DNA of 64,000 nucleotides from Obrimoposthia wandeli (GCA_977020255.1 CDROCS010000506.1:2914001-2978000); one strand, 5' to 3'. Numbered from the stretch's first letter, positions 1 to 10,724 are shown. The notes: generated by a model not told the origin, from the letters alone. Program-made: numbers and translations.

Positions 1-2
1 CG

Positions 3-506
3 TTTGAGGATGGTATCGACTCTATCAGTGTTTCTGGACATAAAATGATTGGCTCCCCTATCCCATGCGGGATCGTGATCGCCAAGCGTAAATACGTGGA
101 AAAGATTTCGGTAGAGGTGGATTATATCTCTTCCAAAGATCAAACCATAAGTGGTTCAAGAAATGGGCATAATGCTTTGTTTATGTGGGCTGCAATAAAG
201 AGCCTCTCGACCGAAGATTGGAAAAAGAAAGTAAACAACTGCTTAGAGATTGCTCAGTATACAGTTGATAGATTTCAAGCTGTCGGTATTGATGCTCGTC
301 GAAATGAAAATTCAAATACAGTCTTTTTCCCATGTCCTTCAGAATCCGTGTGGAGAAAATACTCATTAGCTAATTCTGGCAATACTGCGCATATCATTGT
401 CATGCCTCATTACGATAAAAATATTAAAATAGATTCGCTCATCGAAGATATTATTGACGACTTGAAACCTGGTTATTACATGCAAAGAGCCAGTGGTGAG
501 AACTAG
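3..506 (+). CDS. hdc: PLP-dependent histidine decarboxylase, C-terminal part (5' end outside window); BasG/AngH-like
   Basis: The frame is open from base 3: [23 protein letters not shown] carries the SGHK PLP-lysine motif. ISGSRNGH is also typical of gammaproteobacterial Hdc. Confidence 0.88.
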   Translation, partial: FEDGIDSISVSGHKMIGSPIPCGIVIAKRKYVEKISVEVDYISSKDQTISGSRNGHNALFMWAAIKSLSTEDWKKKVNNCLEIAQYTVDRFQAVGIDARRNENSNTVFFPCPSESVWRKYSLANSGNTAHIIVMPHYDKNIKIDSLIEDIIDDLKPGYYMQRASGEN

Positions 507-664
507 TCAGTCAGTCAGTAATTTTCGGTTGGTCAGCAATATGAATAACCAATTAAACGTTTCACCACCAAATGGAATAAGCTTAATATGAAATCTAGTG
601 AGAGCATTATATGCTTAAAATATCAATCCCACGCCACCTACTTTAATAAGTGGAGGGAGATAGC

Positions 665-2275
665 ATGATAAATAAAATCAGCCAGCACTATCTCACTGCT
701 GCGCTCATGCCTGCTTTGCAGCCAGCCATCGGCAAACTCACGCTGGGCACCTGTGCTGAAGTGCTTGCTGCACTCGCCAAAATAGGCGCACTACTGTGTT
801 TAATTCAACTCGTTGACGATCCTTCGAATAAATGGGTTTACAGTGCTATCGGCCTTTGGATCGTGAGTGCTGCCGTCTCTTCATTAGCGTCTTGGTGGGT
901 GCATGAAGCTGAAGCCAAATTTTCGTCTCAGGTGCGTCGTCAAGTGGCTCAGCATCTCGCGAGGTTGCCAAGTAAAACAGTGTCTCGATATGGGGACAAT
1001 CAGCTTCGCCGGTTGGCTTCAGAGGACATTAATACGCTGCACCACATGGTTGCTCATTTACCGTCTGAATTTGTCACGTTCATATTGGTGCCATTCACGT
1101 CCATTATCATCATGTTGAGCCTAGCTGGGCCAATTGCACTTTTTGCCCTGATTCCCGGTCTTCTCGCGTCACTTTATTATCTGGTCTTTTTACCCAAGTA
1201 TGCGGCCAAACATGGCGCTGAACGCATGCTCATTATGGGGGACATTGTGACGGCAGTGAATGATTACACAAGGGGCATCCGAGTCAACCGTATTTATGGT
1301 ACTCAATCGGGCGCCATTGCGGATTATCGACATGCCACGCAACGTTTTACCGACGGTCTCGTAAAGTGGGTGGGTAATGTCGCTCTCGCAGCCGCTGTTG
1401 CTATCGCGCTGCTACAAGCGGTTGCTACTTTAGCTATCGCTTACACGATTTCCTATCAGTTAAGCCCTGCAGCTATGGCTTCGGTTTTCTTTTTTGGCCT
1501 TGCCATTGTGACGCCGGTGCTAAAGTTAGGTCACGGCTTAGATTATGTGACGGCAGGTAAGAATGCTGCCAAACACATCGGCGACTTTTTACAAGAAAGC
1601 ACCATCGCTTCAGGCCAAGTAAAACGAGAAAATAAATCAGACTCGTTACACGCCGAAAACATCAAGGTCGTTACCGATCAGAATACGATCATCAACGGCC
1701 TTTCTCATTCCTTTATTCCCGGTTCTTGCACGGCTATTATGGGGCCGAGTGGCGTTGGGAAAAGCACTTTGTTACGTATCTTATCCGGTTACGAACAGCC
1801 TTCAGCTGGGACCGTTACCCTAGGTGATGATGATATATCAGACCTTGATGAAGTATCCCGACATAATGCCATACGCTACGTTCCCCAAAATACTGGCGTG
1901 CTGAAAGCAACGGTACGAGAGAATCTGCAATTAGCAACACCTGATGCCACCGACGAGACGCTCTGCGATGCACTGAACCAAGCTCAGTTGATGATAGATC
2001 TTACCGCGAACGCAGCCTCTCTCTCTGGTGGAGAGCAGCAACGCATTGCGCTTGCTAATGTGTTCTTAAGTAACGCCAACATCATCTTACTTGACGAGCC
2101 GACTAGCGCGCTTGATAAAGAGACCGCGTTGGTGGTGATGACAAACTTACGTGCACTGGCTCATCAACAAGGGAAAACCATTATCGTGGTGACTCATGAC
2201 ACCGACCTCGCTCTACAAACCGATCTTACGCTGACATTAACTCGAAACGCTGAAAAAAAGGACGATAAAGTATGA
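665..2275 (+). CDS. ABC half-transporter (TMD+NBD), BarA/YbtP/IrtA-like, siderophore-associated
   Basis: Hydrophobic N-terminal half, Walker A GPSGVGKST, signature LSGGEQQR, Walker B ILLDEPT, H-loop VTHD. GGAGG RBS before ATG 665. Follows hdc. Confidence 0.82.
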   Translation: MINKISQHYLTAALMPALQPAIGKLTLGTCAEVLAALAKIGALLCLIQLVDDPSNKWVYSAIGLWIVSAAVSSLASWWVHEAEAKFSSQVRRQVAQHLARLPSKTVSRYGDNQLRRLASEDINTLHHMVAHLPSEFVTFILVPFTSIIIMLSLAGPIALFALIPGLLASLYYLVFLPKYAAKHGAERMLIMGDIVTAVNDYTRGIRVNRIYGTQSGAIADYRHATQRFTDGLVKWVGNVALAAAVAIALLQAVATLAIAYTISYQLSPAAMASVFFFGLAIVTPVLKLGHGLDYVTAGKNAAKHIGDFLQESTIASGQVKRENKSDSLHAENIKVVTDQNTIINGLSHSFIPGSCTAIMGPSGVGKSTLLRILSGYEQPSAGTVTLGDDDISDLDEVSRHNAIRYVPQNTGVLKATVRENLQLATPDATDETLCDALNQAQLMIDLTANAASLSGGEQQRIALANVFLSNANIILLDEPTSALDKETALVVMTNLRALAHQQGKTIIVVTHDTDLALQTDLTLTLTRNAEKKDDKV

Positions 2276-3912
2276 CGACGAACAACACTAATTCCCCCAG
2301 TAAACCACTGCCAGAACAGGTAAAACGTCGGTTGTTTCTTGTTGGCTCTGGTTGGGTATTGGTTGCCATACTAGAAGCGGCAGCTTATATTGTTTTGGCC
2401 CTAGCCATCGTTGAAAAACAAGCTCCGATGTATGCTTTGGTGGCTGCAGGTATAGCTATCTTGGCGACCGTCATTGTCACTCGCTATGGCTTTTTGTCCG
2501 GCGCGAAACTTACGGGTGATCTCTATTCCGCGCTCGGTAAAGCACTTAGCCAAGCAAAACTATCTTGGTTTACTGAACATCACAGAACGCAAACAACTCA
2601 CCTGGCTGAGCGGGGCATTCCTGGTTTTATGAGCATACCAGCCCACCAACTGCAAACCTTCCTACACGCACCACTCCTCCCTTTATTTCTCGTGGGGGGC
2701 ATTGGTTTAGTCGGGGGCATAACTATCGCAATGCTGAGTGCAATATTACTCGCTGGCGCGTTATTCATTCAATATAAAGCGCAATTAGCACTGATCCATA
2801 CTGATAGTGAGCGACACATCGCAGATGTGAATACGACCAAGTACACACTTGAACTGATCGACCACCTCGACTTACTGCGCGCGACAGCGGGTCCAAAGCG
2901 GGCGGTTGAACGCATTGAAGCAAGTTGGACTAAGCAGGAGGACATTCACAAAACCATCAACCGTTCGGCATCTAAAACCACATTTTTATCGACTCTCGCA
3001 ACAATACTGCCGTTGGCTGGCATGGCGAGTTACTTGGTTGTCTCTGGCACCACTGAACCACTACTAATCTTATCGTTGTTGATTCTTATCACCAGAGCAT
3101 CAGCGCCTTTGGGCGAGTTAGCACTCGCTGGATTTGCGATTAATGATGTGCGCGCGACGATTAAGGATTATATGCAGTTAACCACGGTTCCGAGCTTGCC
3201 GGAGCCTAAACCAGAAAATGCTCAGCTGCCCAATCATCACGAGTTACAGCTGCATTATGTTGGTTTTTTAGACATTTTCATCGGTGCAAACGCTGACATT
3301 ATAGAAGGCGCTAAAGTCGTGATTAACGGGCCAAGTGGTGGTGGCAAGAGTACGCTGTTAGGTTTGCTAATGCGATTTGATGACCCTACGCAAGGTCTTA
3401 TTACCCTGGGTGGTGTCGATATAAAACAAATCCGTTACGACGTGCTTACGCAATATTTTTCTTACGTGGCACAAGATCCTATCGTTTTCACAGGGACTTT
3501 GGCTGACAACATCCGCTTGGGTAAACCTGATGCGAGCGATGAAGAAATCGAGCTATGTGCAAGGGATGCTCAGTTAAGTGAGGTGATAGACCGCTCAGAT
3601 CTCGGGATCCATCAGCTCGTCGGGCAAAAAGGCGAAGCGTTATCTGGTGGTGAGGGACAAAGGTTGGCCATCGCGCGCGCGCTCATCAAGCAAGCACCGA
3701 TACTGATTCTTGACGAAGCCACTTCGGCACTGGATGATGCCACCGAGAGACTTATCGCTGCACATATTCATTCGCTAAACACGACGGTTATCGTGGTCAC
3801 ACACAGGGAACCAAGTATCTGGCAGCCGACAATAGAATTTAATATACAAAATCAAACCGTCAGCCATTGGATCCACAGTGTTCAGCCCAACGCAAGAAAG
3901 GCGATTGCATAA
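2272..3912 (+). CDS. ABC half-transporter (TMD+NBD), BarB/YbtQ/IrtB-like, partner of the preceding gene
   Basis: 4-bp overlap with the previous gene. Motifs GPSGGGKST, LSGGEGQR, LILDEAT, VTHR. Confidence 0.82.
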   Translation: MTTNNTNSPSKPLPEQVKRRLFLVGSGWVLVAILEAAAYIVLALAIVEKQAPMYALVAAGIAILATVIVTRYGFLSGAKLTGDLYSALGKALSQAKLSWFTEHHRTQTTHLAERGIPGFMSIPAHQLQTFLHAPLLPLFLVGGIGLVGGITIAMLSAILLAGALFIQYKAQLALIHTDSERHIADVNTTKYTLELIDHLDLLRATAGPKRAVERIEASWTKQEDIHKTINRSASKTTFLSTLATILPLAGMASYLVVSGTTEPLLILSLLILITRASAPLGELALAGFAINDVRATIKDYMQLTTVPSLPEPKPENAQLPNHHELQLHYVGFLDIFIGANADIIEGAKVVINGPSGGGKSTLLGLLMRFDDPTQGLITLGGVDIKQIRYDVLTQYFSYVAQDPIVFTGTLADNIRLGKPDASDEEIELCARDAQLSEVIDRSDLGIHQLVGQKGEALSGGEGQRLAIARALIKQAPILILDEATSALDDATERLIAAHIHSLNTTVIVVTHREPSIWQPTIEFNIQNQTVSHWIHSVQPNARKAIA

Positions 3913-3961
3913 AAGTCAGCATTGTAGCGATGTTTTGGCACAAGCATTTGTGGCCATACTG

Positions 3962-3993
3962 AATAGCCTCGACCATAGCGAGGCTATTTTTTT
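3962..3993 (+). terminator. Rho-independent terminator after the ABC pair
   Basis: Stem AATAGCCTCG / CGAGGCTATT followed by a T run. Confidence 0.85.
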
Positions 3994-4122
3994 GCGCGAG
4001 TTACAGCCGTTTCCTTAATATCATTGGGATGTTCTATTCGAGCCTAAAATATTGGGTAATTTAAACACGCAGTACGACGCATGTAATTGAATAAAGCAGA
4101 CCAGCTTTTACCTTGTAAGGTA

Positions 4123-4151
4123 TTGACAAGTAATACGCATTATTACATGAT
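4123..4151 (+). promoter_or_regulatory. sigma70 promoter of the DAHP synthase gene
   Basis: TTGACA (4123-4128), 17-bp spacer, CATGAT (4146-4151). Confidence 0.6.
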
Positions 4152-4165
4152 GCCCACCCCTGCAT

Positions 4166-4184
4166 GTTAATGATAATCATTTCG
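4166..4184 (+). promoter_or_regulatory. Fur box
   Basis: GTTAATGATAATCATTTCG matches GATAATGATAATCATTATC at 15/19 with an intact AATGATAATCATT core, just downstream of the promoter. Confidence 0.8.
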
Positions 4185-4224
4185 GTTTAGGTGTTTGTTT
4201 AGTGCGACTTTACGGATAGTGTCC

Positions 4225-5301
4225 ATGAAAATGTTAGAAAATATCATAAATTCATCATCAGTGATGTTGCTGCCTAGTCTTGAATCCATTCAGCGCGAAA
4301 CTTGCTTGAATGAGCAGCTTCAACAATTTATTGAACAACAAAGAGCAGAAATTAAAAGTATACTTTTAGGCGAAGACCCTCGGCTATTAGTGATCATCGG
4401 CCCATGCTCAATACATGATCCCCACGCGGCAATAGAATACGCAACTCGGTTAGTCAAGATGCAAAAACAGTACCGCGGAACCTTAAAGCTGGTGATGCGT
4501 ACTTACTTTGAAAAGCCACGTACAAGAGCTGGTTGGAAAGGTTTTATCGTCACGCCAGATCTGAACTGTGAGTTTAATTTTCTCCAGGGCGTAACTCGCA
4601 GCAGACAACTGATGAAATCAATTCTAGAGCTCGGGATGCCGATCGGCACTGAGTTTTTAGACACTAACATCGCGCCCTATATTGCCGATATGGTTTGCTG
4701 GGGTGCTATAGGAGCGCGTACAACAGAGTCTCAACCTCATCGTCAATTGGCTTCAGGACTTCATTGTCCCATTGGCTTTAAAAACGGCACGGATGGAAAT
4801 GTCTCTATCGCCATTGATGCTATACACGCTGCAAAAGATCGCCACCTTGTGCTTGCACAAAGCGAAAACAACCAAACGTTTGCTGTAGAAACGCAAGGGA
4901 ACGATCATTGCCATATCATTTTACGAGGCGGCGCAACACCAAACTATTCAAGTCGTGACGTGAAAAACGCAGCCTACCATCTTCAATATAGTCACCTGAC
5001 TCCTCGATTAGTGGTAGATTGCAGCCATGGAAATAGCGGGAAAATAGCTAAAAACCAACTTTCTGTTGCTGACAATATAGCTGAACAAATGATGTCGGGT
5101 GAGAAGAGCATTGCTGGTGTCATGTGTGAAAGTTTTTTACTCGGAGGCAACCAGAAGATAAATTTGGATGGGCTTAATTACGGGCAATCGATTACCGATG
5201 AATGTTTATGCTGGGATGACACATTAGTCTTTCTTGAATGCGTGAGTAAAGCGGTAGAACATCGACATTCAAAAGCGAAAAAGCAAGCTGAGGTTGCATA
5301 A
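4225..5301 (+). CDS. Class I-alpha DAHP synthase (AroF/G/H family), probably siderophore-cluster associated
   Basis: Motifs IGPCSIHD, FEKPRT, GARTTESQ, GFKNG, VDCSHGNS, SITDECL. Start placed at ATG 4225; the ORF track extends to 4195. Confidence 0.92.
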   Translation: MKMLENIINSSSVMLLPSLESIQRETCLNEQLQQFIEQQRAEIKSILLGEDPRLLVIIGPCSIHDPHAAIEYATRLVKMQKQYRGTLKLVMRTYFEKPRTRAGWKGFIVTPDLNCEFNFLQGVTRSRQLMKSILELGMPIGTEFLDTNIAPYIADMVCWGAIGARTTESQPHRQLASGLHCPIGFKNGTDGNVSIAIDAIHAAKDRHLVLAQSENNQTFAVETQGNDHCHIILRGGATPNYSSRDVKNAAYHLQYSHLTPRLVVDCSHGNSGKIAKNQLSVADNIAEQMMSGEKSIAGVMCESFLLGGNQKINLDGLNYGQSITDECLCWDDTLVFLECVSKAVEHRHSKAKKQAEVA

Positions 5302-5587
5302 AATTATTAACAAATATGTCAGTTTTGTTGTAGGTTGACGGAAGATGTTGGAGCCAAAAAAATTTAGATAGAAAAACCTACTATTATGATTCAAAGACTT
5401 ATACGATCTTGTTCGATAGCCGGAGCCGTATTTCCCCTATGCGGTTTCTTTCTGCGATTGATGCTAGCTTTGGTGACTGCCTTGCCAAGAACCTACTGCA
5501 TGATAAATGGCATAATTTATATTACGATACTGAATACAGTCTTACTTGCCTGGATTGATGAATATTAACGACATTTATTTAATACAG

Positions 5588-5631
5588 AAAAAGCCCATAG
5601 TTAGCATAACGCTGATTATGGGCTTTTTTTT
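5588..5631. terminator. Terminator-like hairpin at the right edge of the siderophore block
   Basis: AAAAAGCCCATA ... TATGGGCTTTTTTTT, with A and T tracts on both sides. Confidence 0.75.
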
Positions 5632-5715
5632 GTGCTTTAACTTGTTAATATAAACGCTAAGTCAGGTGATATATAACATAATGTATTGCTTACACGCCAA
5701 AATAAAGGATATTAA

Positions 5716-7014
5716 ATGAAGGATTTCATGAGCGTTGAGTTAACACTTACTCCCGCTGACAGCTTTTGGGGCAAGAATGCATTAGTGAGTTTTAATGCAG
5801 GTGTTACATCCATCCATCTTGCCGATCTTGGTACCGACAGCCCATTACAAGTGCAGCGAGCAGCACGTAAATTATCCAATCAAGGCATAGCTAAAGTGAC
5901 CTTGCAAGGTGACTTATGGAATACCGAATTACGCATTGCATTTGACCAAGGTTATTACACCGCTAAAGAAACGCAACAAGCCTGCTTTGGCTTAGACACT
6001 GTGAGCAGCGCTGAAAAGAAAGCGTTCACCGATTTTCAAAAAGCCAGCCATTGGGTACGTAAAACCATTAATACCGATGCTGAAGAAATGTATCCAGTTA
6101 AGTTAGCGCAAAGTGCCGCTGATTTACTGTTACAACTGGCACCAGAATCTATCACTTACAAAATTATTGCTGGTGAAGAACTATTAACACATGGCTTTAC
6201 GGGTATTCATACTGTCGGTCGTGGCAGTCAGCATCCGCCAGCGATGTTACAACTAGACTTTAACCCAAGCGGCGATGCAGATGCGCCAGTAGCAACTGCA
6301 TTAGTAGGCAAGGGTATTACCTTTGACTCGGGCGGCTACAGCATTAAACCTTCTGATGGTATGGCTGTAATGAAGAGTGATATGGGTGGCGCTGCGACAT
6401 TGACTGGCGCACTAGCATTAGCAATAAGCCAAGGCTTAAACGAGCGCGTACAGTTATTCTTATGCTGTGCAGAGAACATGATCAGCAGCAATGCCTTTAA
6501 ACTTGGCGATATTATTACCTACAAAAATGACATCACGGTAGAAGTGCTTAATACCGATGCTGAAGGCCGTTTAGTATTAGCCGACGGTTTACTTGCAGCA
6601 GAAGAGAACTCGCCGCTACGTTTGATTGACGCAGCGACACTGACGGGTGCAGCTAAGATGGCATTGGGTCGTGATTATAATGCACTGTTTGGTTTTGATC
6701 AGGGTTTGGTTAATTCAGTATTAGCGAATGCGAAATCAGAAAATGAATTTGCATGGCAACTGCCTTTAGAAAAGTGGCATCAAACACAACTACCATCAAG
6801 CTTTGCTGATATGGCGAACATCCATGCTGGTGAAGGCCGTGCTGGCGCATCAACTGCTGCAGCATTCTTATCGCGTTTTGTTCGTGAAGACGGTCAAGGT
6901 TGGTTGCATTTAGATTTAGCGGGTTGTTATCAAAAAGCGGCTAATGATTTATGGGCTGTCGGTGCGAAAGGCCACGGTATCCGTACTTTAGCTAAAACAT
7001 TACTTGATGCTTAG
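5716..7014 (+). CDS. pepB: Aminopeptidase B (M17 family)
   Basis: Metal-binding motifs VGKGITFDSGG, MKSDMGGAA, NTDAEGRL. Short PepB-type N-terminus. Confidence 0.9.
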   Translation: MKDFMSVELTLTPADSFWGKNALVSFNAGVTSIHLADLGTDSPLQVQRAARKLSNQGIAKVTLQGDLWNTELRIAFDQGYYTAKETQQACFGLDTVSSAEKKAFTDFQKASHWVRKTINTDAEEMYPVKLAQSAADLLLQLAPESITYKIIAGEELLTHGFTGIHTVGRGSQHPPAMLQLDFNPSGDADAPVATALVGKGITFDSGGYSIKPSDGMAVMKSDMGGAATLTGALALAISQGLNERVQLFLCCAENMISSNAFKLGDIITYKNDITVEVLNTDAEGRLVLADGLLAAEENSPLRLIDAATLTGAAKMALGRDYNALFGFDQGLVNSVLANAKSENEFAWQLPLEKWHQTQLPSSFADMANIHAGEGRAGASTAAAFLSRFVREDGQGWLHLDLAGCYQKAANDLWAVGAKGHGIRTLAKTLLDA

Positions 7015-7100
7015 GCTTGATTCTTTAAGGCTTCGGTTATGCTGGTAAACAGATAGAAAATAAAGTGTAAGCGAAACCTCATAAATAAAAAGTGATGAAT

Positions 7101-7141
7101 AAAAAAATGCCACTGTCATCAATGATAACAGTGGCATTTTT
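7101..7141. terminator. Bidirectional terminator between convergent pepB and fadE
   Basis: AAAAAAATGCCACTGT ... ACAGTGGCATTTTT. Confidence 0.85.
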
Positions 7142-7181
7142 GTAGCTAGCGACTAATCGCTAGCTGTTATGCAATAAACCG

Positions 7182-9698
7182 TTAAGCAACAGCTTCAGTT
7201 TTTGCTTTGTTTTTCTTTGCTGGTTTAGCTGTGCCATTTGCACGTGCACGCCAGTCAGCATTTAGTTGGTTAACTAATGTCTTATCGGCAGCGATGTCAA
7301 TTGGATCAAAGTCATCAACGTTAATCGTACGTAGACGACCTTCCTCAGCAACTTTCAGTAACTCAGCTTCATCAGCCGTGATTTGCTTGTTAGCAAGTGC
7401 GATATCAGCAAACTTATCAAGATAGATAAATGCTTGTTTAACACCATTCTCTTTACAAACACGGATGAAGATAGGGTCTGCCACGATAACGTCTCTCAAG
7501 GCTTTCTCTTGTAGACCGACAGGGTTACCTTCTTCTTCAGTAAGGTACATATCTGTTGCTAGGCGGCTACGCGCTTCAGAAGGAACTTGTAGTAAACCAG
7601 CAACAACATGATCTAACTTGTCAGTTGGGCGTGATAGACGTTTACCTGCAGGCAATACCATTGCACGTAGTGCGATACCAACAACGCGAACAGGGAAGTT
7701 ACGTAGTAACTCATCAATTGCGTGCTCAGCTTGATATAGTGAGTCTTGTAGTGCCCAATGCACAAATGGTAAATCATCTTTTTGACGACCTTCATCTTCA
7801 AAACGTTTTAGCGTTGCAGATGATAAGTACAGTTGACTTAAGATATCACCTAAACGTGCAGAAACACGTTCTTTACGTTTCAGATCACCACCTAACACAC
7901 CCATCGCAACATCAGATAGGAAAGCTAAGTTAGCACTTAAACGGTTCATTTGTTGATAGTACTGAGCAGTTTCATCTTTAAATGGTGCAGCAGAACCTTT
8001 ACCGTTAGTCACACCCATCACGAATGAACGGAAGAAGTTAGACATTGCAAAACCAATATGACCGAACAGAGCTGCATCAAAGTCTTGCAGACCTTTCTTA
8101 TGATCGCTAAGTGCTGCTGCAGTCAATTCTGGTAATACGAACGGATGACAACGGATTGCGCCTTGACCATAAATGATCAGGTTACGAGTAAGAATGTTTG
8201 CACCTTCTACTGTAATTGCAACTGGCGCTGCTTGGTAACCACGGCCTGCCATGTTGTTTGGACCAAGACAGATACCTTTACCACCTGAGATGTCCATTGC
8301 ATCGATTGCACATTTCTGCGCACGGTCTGTTAAATGCATTTTAACAATCGCAGTAATTACTGATGGTTTTTCACCTAAATCAATTGCGCTTGTTGTTAGT
8401 GTTGATGCTGCGCCCATCAGGTAAGCATTACCACCGATACGTGCTAGTGGCTCTTCGATTCCTTCCATTTTACCAATCGCAAGTTTAAATTGACGACGGA
8501 TAGCAGTGTAAGAACCCATGCCTAATGCTGCTAGCTTAACTGCACCTGCAGAACATGATGGTAGAGTAATACCACGACCAACAGAGAGACATTCAACAAG
8601 CATGCTCCAGCCTTTACCAGCCATATCTGGACCACCAATGATGTAATCTAATGGTACGAATACTTCGTTACCTTTAGTTGGACCATTTTGGAACGGTAAG
8701 TTAAGCGGGAAATGACGACGACCAGTTTCAACACCTGGGATATCCGTAGGGATAAGCGCACAAGTAATACCGATGTCTTCTTTATCACCTAATAGACCGT
8801 CTGGGTCGCGTAGTTTAATCGCAAGACCAAGTACAGTCGCAACAGGTGCAAGTGTAATATAACGTTTGTTCCAAGTCAGTTTCATACCCAGAACTTCTTT
8901 ACCTTCGAATTCACCTTTACAGACGATACCGAAATCAGGAATACCACCTGCATCAGAACCAGCTTCAGGGCTTGTTAGTGCGAAACATGGAATTTCATCA
9001 CCAACAGCAAGACGAGGAAGGTAGTAATCTTGTTGCTCTTTAGTACCATAGTGTTGTAGTAATTCACCAGGTCCTAATGAGTTAGGTACACCAACTGTGC
9101 TCGCCATAACAGCGCTTGAGCCAGTTAATTTTTGCAGTACCATTGATTGTGCTAATGCTGAAAACTCTAGACCACCGTATTTTTTCTTGATGATCATAGC
9201 GAAGAAACCCTTAGTCTTAAGGAATTCCCACAACTCTGGAGGTAAGTCTGCACGTTTGTGAGTGATATCAAATTCATCAGCCATGCGACATGCTTCTTCA
9301 ACTGGACCGTCTAGAAAAGCACGTTCTTCAGCTGTTAGTGCTGGTGCTGGAACCTTGTGTAGTTTTTCCCAATTTGGCTTACCGCTGAATAAGTCAGCAT
9401 CCCACCAAGTGGTTCCGGCTTCTAATGCTTCAGTCTCTGTTTGAGACATTTCCGGCATTATTTTACGGAAACCTTTTAAGATTGGCGTTGTAAGATAGCC
9501 TTGACGAATACTCGTAATATTTAACGGTATCGCAATGACAGCGGTTATGATCCAAATAGCTAATGGCACATCACCGAAATATGAAACGGCTGCAAGTGCA
9601 ATAAAAAATGCACCAGTAAAGGCAGCTAATGATGCTCTTTGGTAAGATAATGTACCAAATATTGCCACTAAGGCTAATAGTGAGATTGTGGTTGCCAT
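7182..9698 (-). CDS. fadE: Acyl-CoA dehydrogenase FadE
   Basis: 838 aa, N-terminal TM helices, [24 protein letters not shown]. Divergent from gmhA as in enterobacteria and vibrios. Confidence 0.95.
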   Translation of the reverse strand: MATTISLLALVAIFGTLSYQRASLAAFTGAFFIALAAVSYFGDVPLAIWIITAVIAIPLNITSIRQGYLTTPILKGFRKIMPEMSQTETEALEAGTTWWDADLFSGKPNWEKLHKVPAPALTAEERAFLDGPVEEACRMADEFDITHKRADLPPELWEFLKTKGFFAMIIKKKYGGLEFSALAQSMVLQKLTGSSAVMASTVGVPNSLGPGELLQHYGTKEQQDYYLPRLAVGDEIPCFALTSPEAGSDAGGIPDFGIVCKGEFEGKEVLGMKLTWNKRYITLAPVATVLGLAIKLRDPDGLLGDKEDIGITCALIPTDIPGVETGRRHFPLNLPFQNGPTKGNEVFVPLDYIIGGPDMAGKGWSMLVECLSVGRGITLPSCSAGAVKLAALGMGSYTAIRRQFKLAIGKMEGIEEPLARIGGNAYLMGAASTLTTSAIDLGEKPSVITAIVKMHLTDRAQKCAIDAMDISGGKGICLGPNNMAGRGYQAAPVAITVEGANILTRNLIIYGQGAIRCHPFVLPELTAAALSDHKKGLQDFDAALFGHIGFAMSNFFRSFVMGVTNGKGSAAPFKDETAQYYQQMNRLSANLAFLSDVAMGVLGGDLKRKERVSARLGDILSQLYLSSATLKRFEDEGRQKDDLPFVHWALQDSLYQAEHAIDELLRNFPVRVVGIALRAMVLPAGKRLSRPTDKLDHVVAGLLQVPSEARSRLATDMYLTEEEGNPVGLQEKALRDVIVADPIFIRVCKENGVKQAFIYLDKFADIALANKQITADEAELLKVAEEGRLRTINVDDFDPIDIAADKTLVNQLNADWRARANGTAKPAKKNKAKTEAVA

Positions 9699-9735
9699 GA
9701 TTTTCTCCTTTCATTACGCAACTAAATAGCAAAGT

Positions 9736-9752
9736 CAGAGGTCAGACCAGAG
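9736..9752. promoter_or_regulatory. FadR operator
   Basis: CAGAGGTCAGACCAGAG matches AACTGGTCnGACCAGTT with the GGTCnGACC core intact, about 40 bp upstream of fadE. Confidence 0.8.
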
Positions 9753-10133
9753 ACTGGTTTGTGTATTAGTTCTAGTTGAAAATTATTAAATTAGCAAGTT
9801 TTTTACATATAATTCACATAGTAATTATAGAACCTGTAACTAAACGCTTGTTTTTGACCTGTTAGGTTTACAAGTGTTCACTGATAGTAGCCTTGTTGGA
9901 TTGATAATTTAATTGCCGATTTACTTTTATTTTAGGTCAAATAGGTCAAGGAATAGTGATGCAAACTACTCATAAGTAAGTATTTTGTGTGTGTTGGCTA
10001 AGCGCTTTCTCATGCCATTATCTTATTTTTGATTAAGCTTAACTTTTTATTTATATGGGTGATACAAGCGCATTATTTTGTGAAACAATAGTACAATATA
10101 GAAATGAATTTTAAGATATAGAGGCGATAACAA

Positions 10134-10724
10134 ATGACAAATTATCAGGGTTTAATTCAGCAAGAATTAGCTGAAGCTGCACAGGTATTAAATGACTTTT
10201 TAGCCGATTCAAAAAACGCTGAAAACATTGAAGCAGCAGCGGCATTATTAGCGGATTCGTTTAAAGCTGGTGGTAAAGTATTATCTTGTGGTAATGGTGG
10301 TTCCCATTGTGATGCGATGCATTTTGCTGAAGAGTTATCAGGACGTTATCGTGAAAATCGTCCAGCAATGCCGGGCATCGCTATTTCTGATGTGAGCCAT
10401 ATGTCTTGCGTGAGTAATGACTTTGGTTATGAGTATGTGTTTTCACGTTATGTTGAAGGTATTGGCCAGCAAGGTGATGTGTTATTAGGGCTTAGCACCA
10501 GCGGTAACTCACAGAACGTCTTAAATGCGTTTGCGGCAGCAAAAGCCAAAGGCATGAAGACGATTGCATTAACCGGTAAAGATGGCGGGAAAATGGCGGG
10601 GATCGCTGATATTGAAATTCGCGTACCACACTTTGGTTATGCAGACCGTATTCAAGAGATCCACATTAAAGTGATCCACTTATTGATTCAGTTAGTTGAA
10701 AAAATGATGGGTTATGCTGATTAA
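10134..10724 (+). CDS. gmhA: D-sedoheptulose 7-phosphate isomerase
   Basis: Motifs [30 protein letters not shown]. Confidence 0.96.
   Translation: MTNYQGLIQQELAEAAQVLNDFLADSKNAENIEAAAALLADSFKAGGKVLSCGNGGSHCDAMHFAEELSGRYRENRPAMPGIAISDVSHMSCVSNDFGYEYVFSRYVEGIGQQGDVLLGLSTSGNSQNVLNAFAAAKAKGMKTIALTGKDGGKMAGIADIEIRVPHFGYADRIQEIHIKVIHLLIQLVEKMMGYAD

Noticed and set aside
4112-4130. TyrR-box-like dyad CTTGTAAGGTATTGACAAG before the DAHP synthase
   Set aside because: The spacing is TGTAAG-N3-TTGACA rather than TGTAAA-N6-TTTACA, and the right half is explained as the -35 hexamer.
5386-5568. 60-aa ORF after the DAHP synthase
   Set aside because: No RBS or recognisable motif. A different, interrupted frame over the same DNA looks more protein-like and is reported as a finding.
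5301-5716. Mobile-element boundary for the siderophore block
   Set aside because: No tRNA, integrase, transposase or identifiable direct repeat is visible at this edge.
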